From assembly GCA_918797485.1 (NCBI GenBank), contig CAKKNE010000005.1:2356001-2420000 (forward strand): a stretch of 64,000 nucleotides of DNA, written 5' to 3'. Of the stretch, positions 43,543 through 53,368 are shown piece after piece (position 1 is the stretch's first letter; each line of letters begins with the position of its first letter). The notes beneath the pieces were generated by a model, which had not been told where the DNA came from, made no database searches, and saw only the letters and a program-made list of their open reading frames with translations. Source of the DNA: Pelagomonas calceolata. Lineage: Eukaryota. The translations under genes and the position numbers were made by a program.

Positions 43543-45505
43543 ATGGCAGCATCTAGCAGCGCGGCGCGGCGTCCCTATATCCACCTTGCACTCGTGCAGC
43601 AGCGGCAGCGCATGCGCGTTGCATCGGGACGGCGCGCGAGGCCCTGCAATTGGGGCTGCCCTGTGAACGCCCCACCGCGCAGGCACGCTGCGGCTCCTCG
43701 CGCTCGCGCTGTCCGCGGCGACAGCGCGGGCCGCCTGCCCGGCGGCCACGCTGGACTTCGTCATCAACGAGGGCGACGCGGCCCACGAGGCCTACGCCGC
43801 GGACATCGCCGCCGAACTCACCAAGCTCGGCCTGGCGGTCAACATGAGGCCCCTCGACAAAGACGCGAAGAACGCGGCCATGGTCAACGGCGACTACGAC
43901 CTCGTCTTCTCGGAGACGTGGGGCGCGCCCTACGACCCGCACTCGTACGTCAAATCGTGGGCCTCCCCCGACGAGGCGCACTACAGCGCGCTGCCGACCG
44001 CGGGCATCGACCGGGTCGCCTTCGAGGCCCAGGTCGACGCCGTGCTCTCGGAGATGGACGAGACGGAGCGCCAGAGCAAGTGGACGGCGCTCCTCTCGGA
44101 GATCCACTACGACGTCCTGCATTTACCCCTCTGGGGCAAGCGCATTCCCTCCCTGGTCAACAACGCGCGCCTCTCGGGCTACGTGCCCGGCGCGCAGCAG
44201 TACGACTACCCGCTCCACAAGGTGACCGTCCTCGACGCCGACAAGACCGTGAAGGTGGCGCCGGGCGCCCAGACGGGCCTGTTCGCGTCCGTCGGCCGCC
44301 TCGACCCGCACAGCTACCGGCCGAACGAGTTCTTCGCGAACAACTGGGTCTACGAGGGCCTCATCGCCTACGGCGTAGGCGGTACGCTGGAGCCGGCGCT
44401 CGCGACGGCGTGGACGTCGACGGTGAACTCCGACGGCGGCGAGACGGTCCGCTTCACGCTTCGCACGGGCGTCAAGTTCCACGACGGCGCGGACTTCGAC
44501 TGCGCGGCCGTGAAGCTCAACTTCGACCACGTCTTCGCGGAGGAGCTCACGACCGGTGACTGGCACGGGTGGTACGGCCTGCCGGAAGTGTACAAGGACT
44601 GTTCGTGCGACGGCGAGACGTTTGTGCTGAACACGAAGAAGGCCTACTACCCGCTCCTGCAGGAGCTCTCGTACATCCGCCCGCTGCGCATGCTCTCGCC
44701 GACGGCGTTCGTCGGAGGCGCCGCCAGTGACCCCGTGACGCAGAACTCGTGCCCGACGGGCTGGGACGCCGACCTTTCGACGATCACGTGCGCCGGCACG
44801 ACGGCCATCGCCGGCACGGGCCCGTGGAAGTTCGAGTCGCGCACGGCGAGCGCCGACAGCACCGACGACGACGTACAAGATGATCTGGTCGTCTTCGCGG
44901 CGAACGCGGACTACTGGGGGACCACGGGGGACATCGAGAAGCTGCACGTCGTGAAGTACGCCGACTCGGCGGCCGTCAAGGCCGCGCTCGAAGCCGGGAC
45001 CCTCGACGCCGTGGTCGGCGCCGGGGTGCTCGCGCCCGCGGACGAGGAGGCGCTCGGGGCCCAGGCCGGCTTCGACCTCGCGTACGGCGAGCTGTCGCAG
45101 AACTCGGTGATCATCATGAACATCGCCGACGCGGACATGCGGCAGGCGGTGGTCCAGGCCATCGACAGCGACCCGATCATCGCCAGCGAGCTGAACGACG
45201 CGTACCAGCCCACGGGCCGGCTGTTCCCGGCGACGCTGCCGTACTGCGACGTGACGCTGGCCGAGGTCGACTACGACCTCGAGAAGGCCAAGCGGGTCAT
45301 CGACATCGACCTCCTCTGCCCCGCCGACAGCAAGAAGAAGGGCGACGACGGCCTGAGCGGCGGCATCGTCGCGCTCATCGTGATCCTCGTGGTCGTCCTC
45401 GCCCTCGTCGTCGCGTTCGTCGGCTACGTCGTGATGAAGGAGAAGGCCGGCGAGCCCCTCTTCATGGAGGTGACGACCAAGACGCCCCTCCAGGAGAAAG
45501 TCTGA
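43543..45505 (+). CDS. Circularly permuted NikA/CntA-type (SBP family 5) metal-binding protein with signal peptide and C-terminal TM (ZCRP-B-like); probable intron 43571-43682
   Basis: TWGAPYDPH motif precedes LDPHSY/VYEGL/LRTGVKFHDG/GTGPW/YDLEKAK; C-terminal IVALIVILVVVLALVVAFVGYVV; first exon is inferred. Confidence 0.85.
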
Positions 45506-45640
45506 TCTCCCCGCGGTCACGCGACTCACGCCCTCCTTCCCCCCCCGCTTGCAAGCTAGCGTAAAGTTCTGAGGGTCATTGCCATGCGTCTTTTATGATA
45601 GCATACTTGCTTCTGAGTACTCTAAGAACCAAAAATCCAG

Positions 45641-45661
45641 CTAGCGGCAGTGAGACACTAG
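45641..45661. promoter_or_regulatory. CTAG-box motif copy
   Basis: CTAGCGGCAGTGAGACACTAG. Confidence 0.6.
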
Positions 45662-45790
45662 CAAGTAGACAAACTAATCCAAGCGCTGCACGGACGAAAC
45701 ACGGCCAACGGCTGCCCCCGGACCACGCCGCAAAAGGCAGAGACTGCTCCCGTCGTGACGAAGGCAGCCCCGCCCCACGGACACAGAGCT

Positions 45791-46555
45791 ATGGCCTCCT
45801 TCGAACCCACCGACGCCGACGCGGCAGCCCTCGGCAAGTCCGAGGCCCTCAAGGCGCGCTTCGAGGCCATTGCGGGGGAATGTACGGAAGATAATTTGGA
45901 CCTGGACGCGGCGAGCGCCAAGCTGGAAGAGATGTCCGCGGAGCTCGACTCGTTTTTAGCCGAGCTCGAGAGGGACCTGCCGGCGGACGTGAAGGCGCAG
46001 TTCGACGCCGCGGAATTAAAAGTTGAGGAGGAGGAGAACGAAAACATCCGGAGGGACCCGGCCGAGGCCTTTGGTGAACTGCAATCTAGAGCTTCGCGCG
46101 CGACAAAGGCCGCGGGAGATACGCTGCAGGAAGCCCAAGCCTTGGAGAAACAACAACGGAAGCTGCAACTCGAAGGCATCGAGGCGCACAAGGACCTCGA
46201 ACAGGCGGCCAAAGAATTACAGGAGCTGCGAGACGCGTTCGAGCTCTGCACCGGTGGCAGCGAAGGCGAGTCCGAGGTCGAGAAAGAGTTAAGAAGGATG
46301 CAGGAGAAGAAATATGGGCATGAGGAGTCGAAATCCGAGAAGGCAGATGACTTAGATCCCGCGCACCGGCAACTTATTGACGACGCGACACCTAACAATG
46401 CACTGGAGGCCGGCCACATGGAGCTCGTCATGAACAAGATGCGCTACGCGTCGCTGGGCGTGGAGAACGAGCAGCTCCGGGCGCAGATCGCGGAGCTCAA
46501 GGCGATGAACCGGCTCGCGGAGGAAGGAGGCGTGCCGCGCGACGCTCCGGAGTAA
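45791..46555 (+). CDS. Hypothetical coiled-coil protein
   Basis: E/K/A-rich heptad ORF. Confidence 0.65.
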   Translation: MASFEPTDADAAALGKSEALKARFEAIAGECTEDNLDLDAASAKLEEMSAELDSFLAELERDLPADVKAQFDAAELKVEEEENENIRRDPAEAFGELQSRASRATKAAGDTLQEAQALEKQQRKLQLEGIEAHKDLEQAAKELQELRDAFELCTGGSEGESEVEKELRRMQEKKYGHEESKSEKADDLDPAHRQLIDDATPNNALEAGHMELVMNKMRYASLGVENEQLRAQIAELKAMNRLAEEGGVPRDAPE

Positions 46556-46621
46556 GTTGTCTCGACTTCACCAGGTCCTTTGCGGCCGCCGCGGCGGCGG
46601 CGTGTGGCTTCACGCGTCCGT

Positions 46622-46732
46622 GTTGCTGAGGCTGAGGCTAGTTACGTCGCAGGGTTCCCCGTACCCCTCCCGCTCCCCCCGGTTGCTGAGGCTGAGGCTA
46701 GTTACGTCGCAGGGTTCCCCGTACCCCTCCCG
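46622..46732. repeat. Tandem duplication, two identical 51-bp copies with 60-bp period
   Basis: GTTGCTGAGGCTGAGGCTAGTTACGTCGCAGGGTTCCCCGTACCCCTCCCG at 46622 and 46682. Confidence 0.95.
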
Positions 46733-46740
46733 GTTGCTTG

Positions 46741-46762
46741 CTAGTGTGTTACATGCCGCTAG
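46741..46762. promoter_or_regulatory. CTAG-box motif copy
   Basis: CTAGTGTGTTACATGCCGCTAG. Confidence 0.65.
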
Positions 46763-46977
46763 CTTGTGGAGCTCGACGCCATTTTTTTGCGCGGCGCGTT
46801 TTTCCGCTCACGCTGCCTCGCAATTCAACCGCCGAGACCGCTGCTTGATCGCTGTGGAACGGAGAGGCCTTGCGCAGCCACAGACAGCTGTCAAAAGGAA
46901 GCGCCTTTTGACCACAGCACACTCCGCGGCCGAGCACGCTGGCGACCGAAGAGGAGAACCCAGCGAAGAAGCAGAGG

Positions 46978-47445
46978 ATGGCCGACGACGTGCACGGCAA
47001 GCCGGCCGAGGGCATGGAGTGCCTCGCCATGTTCGAGCCCATCGACGAGACGAATTACGTCGAGTACCAGGCCGCGCCGACGGGCAAGTGGCGGCCCTGT
47101 TTGTACGGGGCGGAGATGATCGAGGGGTTGCGGACGTCGCAGTACAAGAACTACATGGAGCGCATCCAGAAATCGGACTGCAAGGCCGAGATGAAGCGCC
47201 TCATGGAGAGCGGGCCGCCGGTCTGGGTCACGGACAAGCACGCGTGCCCGCTCGAGGAGGGCGAGACCCACGTCTGCAAGTTGTGGTTCATGAGCGACAA
47301 CCGGGAGGTCTCGGCCATGCTCGAGGGCGCCTGCGACGGGGAGGAGCGCCAGAAGCTCTGGGACGAGCTCAAGTCCGTGCACGCGGCGTCCGAGGAGGCA
47401 GACGCCGCGGAGAAATCTGAGGAAGCAGCGGCGGCGCCGGCCTAA
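46978..47445 (+). CDS. Hypothetical protein (Cys-containing, strong codon bias)
   Basis: 155-aa ORF with very high GC3. Confidence 0.75.
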   Translation: MADDVHGKPAEGMECLAMFEPIDETNYVEYQAAPTGKWRPCLYGAEMIEGLRTSQYKNYMERIQKSDCKAEMKRLMESGPPVWVTDKHACPLEEGETHVCKLWFMSDNREVSAMLEGACDGEERQKLWDELKSVHAASEEADAAEKSEEAAAAPA

Positions 47446-47459
47446 GTGTGGGGTACAAG

Positions 47460-48332
47460 TTAGCTACTACCACTGGAGGGGGACCGGCCGCGCCGCGCCA
47501 GGCCCTTGCGGCGCGGCGTCGGCGGAGGCTTCGGCGACCGGGAGCGGGACCGCGACCGGGACCGGGAAGCCACGTCGTCCAGCAGGGGGTCGTCCTCGTA
47601 CGCGAGCATGGGCCGGAAGTCGGTCAGGTCGCACTTCAGGAGCACGCGCTTCGGGAGCGGCGGCTGGCCGCGGGGGGATTTGTGCGTGAGTCCGCTGCCT
47701 TTGATCCCGGGCCACGCGTCGCCCTTCATCAATAGAACAGCGTTCGTGGGAATTTCATGGCATGACGAGACGACGTGCTCGTTGTCCTCCTCGCCCATGG
47801 ACGCCTCGAATGCGTCCCAATCGACCTGTGCGTCGTCCGCGGCCAAGGTCCCGGGCCCGACGTAGCACACGAGGGTCCGCCCGCAGTAGCCGTCCTGGTG
47901 CCAGCGCCAACACGCTTCCTCGTGCAGGATCTCGATGCGCAGCGTGAGCCACGGCGTGGCCGGCGAGAGCCGCCGCGACAGGCGCACGAGCGCCGCCGCG
48001 TCGTCGCGGACGGCCGCGCGGAACGAGTCTGGGAGTTCGGACACTAGCTGGTCCAGCGCGGCCTCGACGTCCTCCTCCGTCGCGAGCTCGTGGTCGTCGT
48101 CGCAATCGCTGTCTTCACAGGGCGGCGGCGCGACGAGTAATTGTGCAGACGCGAACTCGCCGAACATCAAGTCTTCTTCCTCCTGGCCATTCAGCCACGT
48201 CGCGATCTGCGCCGCCTTGGTGTGCGGTCCGCGTTCGATGTAGACACCCTTGGCGTTTTGACGGCGGGCGGCTTTCTCGAGGCCCGCGAATGTTGCCGGT
48301 GATGCGCGGACGACGGTTCCGCGGCGGCTCAT
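47460..48332 (-). CDS. DUF1826 family (2OG-Fe dioxygenase-like) protein
   Basis: CWRWHQD...RTLVCYVGPGT, LLMKG, GLTHKSP, RVLLKCD motifs. Confidence 0.8.
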   Translation of the reverse strand: MSRRGTVVRASPATFAGLEKAARRQNAKGVYIERGPHTKAAQIATWLNGQEEEDLMFGEFASAQLLVAPPPCEDSDCDDDHELATEEDVEAALDQLVSELPDSFRAAVRDDAAALVRLSRRLSPATPWLTLRIEILHEEACWRWHQDGYCGRTLVCYVGPGTLAADDAQVDWDAFEASMGEEDNEHVVSSCHEIPTNAVLLMKGDAWPGIKGSGLTHKSPRGQPPLPKRVLLKCDLTDFRPMLAYEDDPLLDDVASRSRSRSRSRSPKPPPTPRRKGLARRGRSPSSGSS

Positions 48333-48545
48333 CGTCAGCAATTGCGCGTACGCTGCGTTTGCACTGAGAGTATTGACAGCCTTGTGTTTGTTTGCAATGG
48401 CTGCAGCACGAGGAGCACAAACGGTCGCTTGCGTCAATGGTGACGGTCAATGGCTATCACGTAACGTACAACAATACGCTCGTGCGGCCTCCTGCGACGG
48501 GTGCAAGACGCCACAAGACGCCACAAAGCCGAAGGCTCTCACGAC

Positions 48546-48566
48546 CTAGTGTCAATGAGGCACTAG
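48546..48566. promoter_or_regulatory. CTAG-box motif copy
   Basis: CTAGTGTCAATGAGGCACTAG upstream of DUF1826. Confidence 0.5.
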
Positions 48567-48676
48567 AAGTTTGTCCGCGTGACACGCACCGTATCAATAT
48601 AGCCCGCGTTGATACCAGTCCTACACCGCAACAATAGACACGATAGAACAAGCAAACATGTAAAGACAGACAAATA

Positions 48677-50191
48677 CTAGAAGCTCTTCCACGCCGGAAA
48701 CACGAGCTCCTCCTTCGTCAGGCGCCACCGCGTGTGGCGCCTCAGTTCCGCCAGGAACGCCGGCGACGCGCCGCCGTCGCCTCCTGGTGGCAATTTATTT
48801 GGCAAAGGCACGTCGGCCAGGTCGTCGGGGTGCAGCTCGCCCACGTAAAACTCGCGCAAATATAAAAAGGACTGGCGCGAGACGTGGTACAGCTCGAACA
48901 TCACGGTACTATCACAATTCAAGGCTTGTTGCGGAATAATCGAGTCCCCACCAGGATGCTCCGACAGCCATCTACTAATATCGAGGACCATGCCGTCGAG
49001 CAGCAGCCAGGTCTCGCCGCGCGGCGTCGTCTGGGAACCCTTCGCGTTCCGTCGCCGCACCTCATCCAAACGAATGGGGGACTTTCTCACCCTCTCCTCG
49101 AAGCTCCCGAGCACCTTCCTGCAATCTTCCTCGAGGCCCCGTATTTTGAGAGCGAGGGCCGCTTCTAACAATTCCGGGGCGAGCGTCGGGTCGAAGCGGA
49201 ACGGCGCCCCCCGCCTCTCGTGCTGCAGATACAGTAACACCCGATCAAAAGTGCAGCAGTCGAGCGGCACTCGTATTTCCTCCGCACTCGTGTACTTGCC
49301 CCTGCCGGCCTGCGCGGCCTTGGTCAGGGCGAGGCACGGTCGTAGCAACGCGCGCTTCACGGGGAAGACCTCGTCATCAGAACAGGTCACGTCCACGCAG
49401 TCGACCTGCTGATTTTTCGGGGGCACCTCGACTCCATTCTCCAGTAAAATGCGCGTCCCGGGCGGCGCCGCGCCGTCGGTAATCACGTAGGCGGCCGTCG
49501 AGGCCGTGACCACGCCCCGATACTCGTCGTCGTCATCATTATCCTCGTCGTCATCGTCCTCCCGGTCCGCCCGCACTTCCACGACGCGCGCCACGACAAC
49601 GACATCATCAATCGTCAGGACGTGGACCTCGGGCACCGTCACGACGCACCCGAAGCAGTGCTTCCCGAGCGACGCACTCAACTTGACCGCATCTATTGAA
49701 ACGTCCTTTGACGCGTCGCGGCGCCGCACCTCGAAGACCACCGCCGCGAGCTCCGAGTCGGGCTTGACCACAACGTCCGTGGCGCCGATGGCGGCCTCGC
49801 GCGCGTCCAGCGCCTCGTGCCGCCCGCGATAGAGCGTCATCGACGGCGCGTCGTGGACGCACACGCGGTTATTCAGGCGCTGGACGTCATTTAGAGAGAT
49901 GCAGCCTTCGGGTATGCTGTCGTCAATGACCAGGCGTTGCACGTGCGCCGGGTGCTCATGGAAGTGCACATGCACACAACCGTGCGCGTCGACCGCGTCC
50001 CGGAAGGCCGGTGGTAGGTCCCGGTAGCGCGCATAGGCGCAGGCGGATTGTGTTGGTGCGTCTACTACTTTGAGCGCGCACTGCTCCTCCTCGGTGGCGA
50101 GTTTTTTCGACGACGGCACGAGGAACTCCTTCACGTGGCCCTTGCGTATGGCGCCGGCTTGCTGGTTTTGGGTGCCGCGGCGCCAGGCCAT
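48677..50191 (-). CDS. NSF/CDC48-N-like + BTB-like + cytochrome b5 heme-binding protein
   Basis: EGCISLNDVQRLN; LDCCTFDRVLLYL...LLEAALALKIRGL; WLLLDGMVLDISRWLSEHPGG. Confidence 0.75.
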   Translation of the reverse strand: MAWRRGTQNQQAGAIRKGHVKEFLVPSSKKLATEEEQCALKVVDAPTQSACAYARYRDLPPAFRDAVDAHGCVHVHFHEHPAHVQRLVIDDSIPEGCISLNDVQRLNNRVCVHDAPSMTLYRGRHEALDAREAAIGATDVVVKPDSELAAVVFEVRRRDASKDVSIDAVKLSASLGKHCFGCVVTVPEVHVLTIDDVVVVARVVEVRADREDDDDEDNDDDDEYRGVVTASTAAYVITDGAAPPGTRILLENGVEVPPKNQQVDCVDVTCSDDEVFPVKRALLRPCLALTKAAQAGRGKYTSAEEIRVPLDCCTFDRVLLYLQHERRGAPFRFDPTLAPELLEAALALKIRGLEEDCRKVLGSFEERVRKSPIRLDEVRRRNAKGSQTTPRGETWLLLDGMVLDISRWLSEHPGGDSIIPQQALNCDSTVMFELYHVSRQSFLYLREFYVGELHPDDLADVPLPNKLPPGGDGGASPAFLAELRRHTRWRLTKEELVFPAWKSF

Positions 50192-50313
50192 TTTTGCTGG
50201 CGCAGCGATGGCGTGCAGCGCAACGAGGCGTTGCAGCTGCAGTAAACGTGCGTTATGTTGCGTGGGCAGAGCCGTTTCGCACCGATTTTTGTCAAATCTC
50301 GCGTCGAAAATAG

Positions 50314-50335
50314 CTAGCGTTCTGTAAGATACTAG
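50314..50335. promoter_or_regulatory. CTAG-box motif copy
   Basis: CTAGCGTTCTGTAAGATACTAG. Confidence 0.65.
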
Positions 50336-50384
50336 CAGATGTAGTCGAGATGGAAGATACCCTTAGCAGAGGTAGTCGAGAATG

Positions 50385-51496
50385 CTAGATACCCTTAGTA
50401 GAGAGTCGTCGCTGCCGCCGACGCCGTAGGGCGCAACAACACGCGGCCGCGATCCAGACGAACGACGAGACCACCGGCACGACGAGGACGTTCTTCTTGG
50501 GCCGCCCCGCGAAGGCGTCGCGCTCGTGCCACGACCGACCTCTCAGATGACCCACGAGCTTGAGCGGCGTCACTTTTCCGGTGTAGTAGCCGTCGCCGAT
50601 GATGATGACATTTCCCGCGGCGAAGGCGTGCGCGGACCGGTACTCGAGGAAGCTCTCCGTGAGGTGGACCGGTCCTGTCGTCGTCAGCACGGAGAGGAAG
50701 GGCCCGAGGAGCCGCCGCGGGAGGCTCGTCGCCTTCGCCGGCATCGTCTCCAGGACGTGTTTGAGGAACGGCGACCCCGCGCTCGCCAGCATCGTGTCCG
50801 GCGACAGAAAAGGTCCGAACTGGTCCGCGCGCGCCACTACGAGCTCCGGGCAGAGCGCGCGGACGGGCTCCCAGGACCGCCGCGCCATCACGTCGAGGTC
50901 GGCGTAGAGGCCTGCGTGGAAATCAAATGTCGCGGCGACCTCCACGCCATCGACGCGACGCCTGCGTGCACGCGACACACTTGTTGATTTCCACACAGGT
51001 AGATGCCGCCGTACTTGTGCAGAATCGCGTAGCGCGCCATGTCCGCGCGCTGGACCCAGCGCGGGTAGCTCTTGTACGTCGCCCAGAGGTGCGGATACTC
51101 GGTAAGAATCAACCAGTCGACCGCGTCCTTTGACCAGAGCACGTACTTCCACTCGTTCGCGAGCGCGCCGGGTGCCAATATGATTGGGTCCTCCACCTCG
51201 ACGGCGCGGTGGCGGTTCAGCCACGTCGCCTGCGCGCGGCGCCACGGCGACGGCATTTCTTCGTCGTCGTCCTTGAGTCCGAAAATTTGGTGGACGTACC
51301 GCGGCGGGCATTGCGGTGCGACAAACGCCGCCTCCCGCGGCGGCGTCGGTAGAAGCGCGCCTTCTGCGAAACCAATCCGAGTCCCGACGTACGCCGTAAG
51401 AGTTACGGCCGCCACAAGCGTCGTCGCAATTGCGCAGATCGCGGCGGCGGCGCGCGACCGGTAGTCGACGCGTGACCATTCGTCCGCCCGAGTCAT
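50385..51496 (-). CDS. GT32 (DxD) mannosyltransferase-like glycosyltransferase, 2 exons (51007-51496, 50385-50911)
   Basis: PRYVHQIF, QRADMARYAILHKYGG/LYADLDV after splicing, TTGP, H...RSW. Confidence 0.88.
50912..50998. mobile_element. Introner element; intron 50912-51006 with GC donor taken from the TSD
   Basis: TIRs CTGCGTGGAAATC / GATTTCCACACAG; 8-bp TSD GTAGAGGC (50904-50911) and GTAGATGC (50999-51006); family core present. Confidence 0.92.
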
Positions 51497-51680
51497 CGAT
51501 CACTGTCCTTTATGCTATTATTAGTTTGAGAGAGCCAATTGATTCTCAGACTTGTTATGCGTGGCTGGGTTGAGCGCACGGTCTTTTGTTGATGATTTCT
51601 TTGTTAATTCTGACGTGCCTCGTGCCCCGTACCGTTAACTTACGGGGCACGCATGAAACGCCGCGAGTTAAAAAAGTGAG

Positions 51681-51700
51681 CTAGCGTCCTAAGACACTAG
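51681..51700. promoter_or_regulatory. CTAG-box motif copy
   Basis: CTAGCGTCCTAAGACACTAG. Confidence 0.6.
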
Positions 51701-51900
51701 CCAGCATGGACTTGCGGGCGAGTGGAGCTTCATACGCAGGTGTGCTGCACAAACGCTTTAATTTCCCGTGTATTCGCTGCCCAGCAACCATCCTGCATCT
51801 TCTGCGGACATCAATCGAGGCGTATCGCACATCCAGCAGCCTTTGCAGTCGGTCATACGTACTCGCATCCTGCCCACGCCGTCGCGCATCCGCGGCAGCC

Positions 51901-53034
51901 ATGCAGAGAATGCTGCGCGCCGCCGCGCGCGCCGCGCGACGACGAGAAAACCAGCGCTCCGTCTCCACGCTCATCCTCCTGCGCCACGGCCAGTCGAAGT
52001 GGAACGGCGCGGACGCCATCTTCTCGGGCTGGGTCGACGTGCCCCTGACGGTGAAAGGAAGGGTCGAGGCCGTGGGAGCGGGCCAGTTGTTGAGAGAAAG
52101 AGGCTTCCCCGCGAAAAGGGTGGACGTCGCCTTCACGTCCAATCTACAAAGAGCGCACGAGACGTGCGAGCTGGCCCTGGCGTCGATGGCCGGCGCGCAG
52201 CAGGACACGTGGCACTCCGATCGTATTAGAAGGGACGCGCGCCTTAACGAAAGGCATTATGGGAGCTTGCAGGGCTGGCGCAAGGCCGACCCGGAGCTGG
52301 TCCAGGGTTTTGGGTCTGACATGCTCCTGAGTTGGAGAAGGACGATGGACGCCAAGCCGCCGCCCATGACGAAGGAGCACCACCACTACGATCCAGATGC
52401 GCCGCGCACGGAGACTCTGCGAGACTGCCAGAAGCGCGTCGTCGCGTGCTGGGAGACGACGATCGCGCCTGCATTATTCGAGGAGGAAAACTTACCGACG
52501 GAGATCGAGAACCGCACGATTTTGGTGGCGGCCCACTCCAATACTCTAAGGATGCTCATGGCCTACTTCGACGAGGTCGCCGACGAGAAGGTGCCGGAGC
52601 TCTACGTGCCGAACGCCGTGCCCATCATCTACCGCTTCGATCCTAGGACAAGGAAGCCGCTCTCGCGCAAGCTGGACACGCAGAGCGGCGGCTCGCACGC
52701 GCGGTGGCTCCTGTCCCCCTCAAATCACGCCCAGGTCCAGGAGGCGCTGCAAAGTGGCGGCATGCTCACGCGGGCGCTGTTCGAGTCGATCGACGTCGAG
52801 CGGAAGGGCCGGCTGACGGCGGCGGAGTTCGACGCCGGCATCAAGACGCTGATGGCCGACGCGGAGCACGTTGACTGCGTCGTCGTCGGCGTCGCGAAGA
52901 AGATCGCGCGCGAGTCCGTGACGCCGAACTGCTCCGTGTCGCTCGCCGAGTTCGAGGAGCTCGCGCAGGCGGCCGTGAGCGAGCTGCACGCCGAGGAGCA
53001 CATCGACTACGACGCGGAGCACCGGTGGGACTGA
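51901..53034 (+). CDS. gpmA: 2,3-BPG-dependent phosphoglycerate mutase with C-terminal EF-hand-like pair
   Basis: LLRHGQSKWN...FSGWVDVPLT, RLNERHYGSLQG, AAHSNTLR; FESIDVERKGRLTAAEF and SVSLAEF. Confidence 0.88.
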   Translation: MQRMLRAAARAARRRENQRSVSTLILLRHGQSKWNGADAIFSGWVDVPLTVKGRVEAVGAGQLLRERGFPAKRVDVAFTSNLQRAHETCELALASMAGAQQDTWHSDRIRRDARLNERHYGSLQGWRKADPELVQGFGSDMLLSWRRTMDAKPPPMTKEHHHYDPDAPRTETLRDCQKRVVACWETTIAPALFEEENLPTEIENRTILVAAHSNTLRMLMAYFDEVADEKVPELYVPNAVPIIYRFDPRTRKPLSRKLDTQSGGSHARWLLSPSNHAQVQEALQSGGMLTRALFESIDVERKGRLTAAEFDAGIKTLMADAEHVDCVVVGVAKKIARESVTPNCSVSLAEFEELAQAAVSELHAEEHIDYDAEHRWD

Positions 53035-53368
53035 CGGATTTTATATATGAGTAAAATAATTGTATCAAAATCCCTGCTGCTTTTTTTTTCTCCTGGGGGA
53101 GGAGACGCCCACCGCGACCGCGACGCGCCCGGATTCTGCCATTTTGCACGGAGGCGTCGTCGGGGGCGTCTAAGGGCTCCCTCGCGAGTCTTGCGTCGCG
53201 CGAAGCCTGTCCGTGCGGGTTCGATGGGTTTTTGCCTCGGAGGCCACTTCCTTTTTGGAGCTGCATTCGACGCCACGCAACGCGTTCGCTGTCACGAGCG
53301 AGACTCGGGACGCGTTCCACTACCGCTACCTCCGGGCTGCCTAAAAAAGCGCCGCCGCCGCACCAAAT

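Noticed and set aside
44123..45529. 468-aa antisense ORF to the NikA-like gene, and similar long antisense ORFs elsewhere
   Set aside because: Expected artefact of extreme GC3 codon bias; no motifs
46622..46740. Possible CRISPR-like repeat
   Set aside because: Only two copies, no unique spacers of proper length, no cas genes, eukaryotic context
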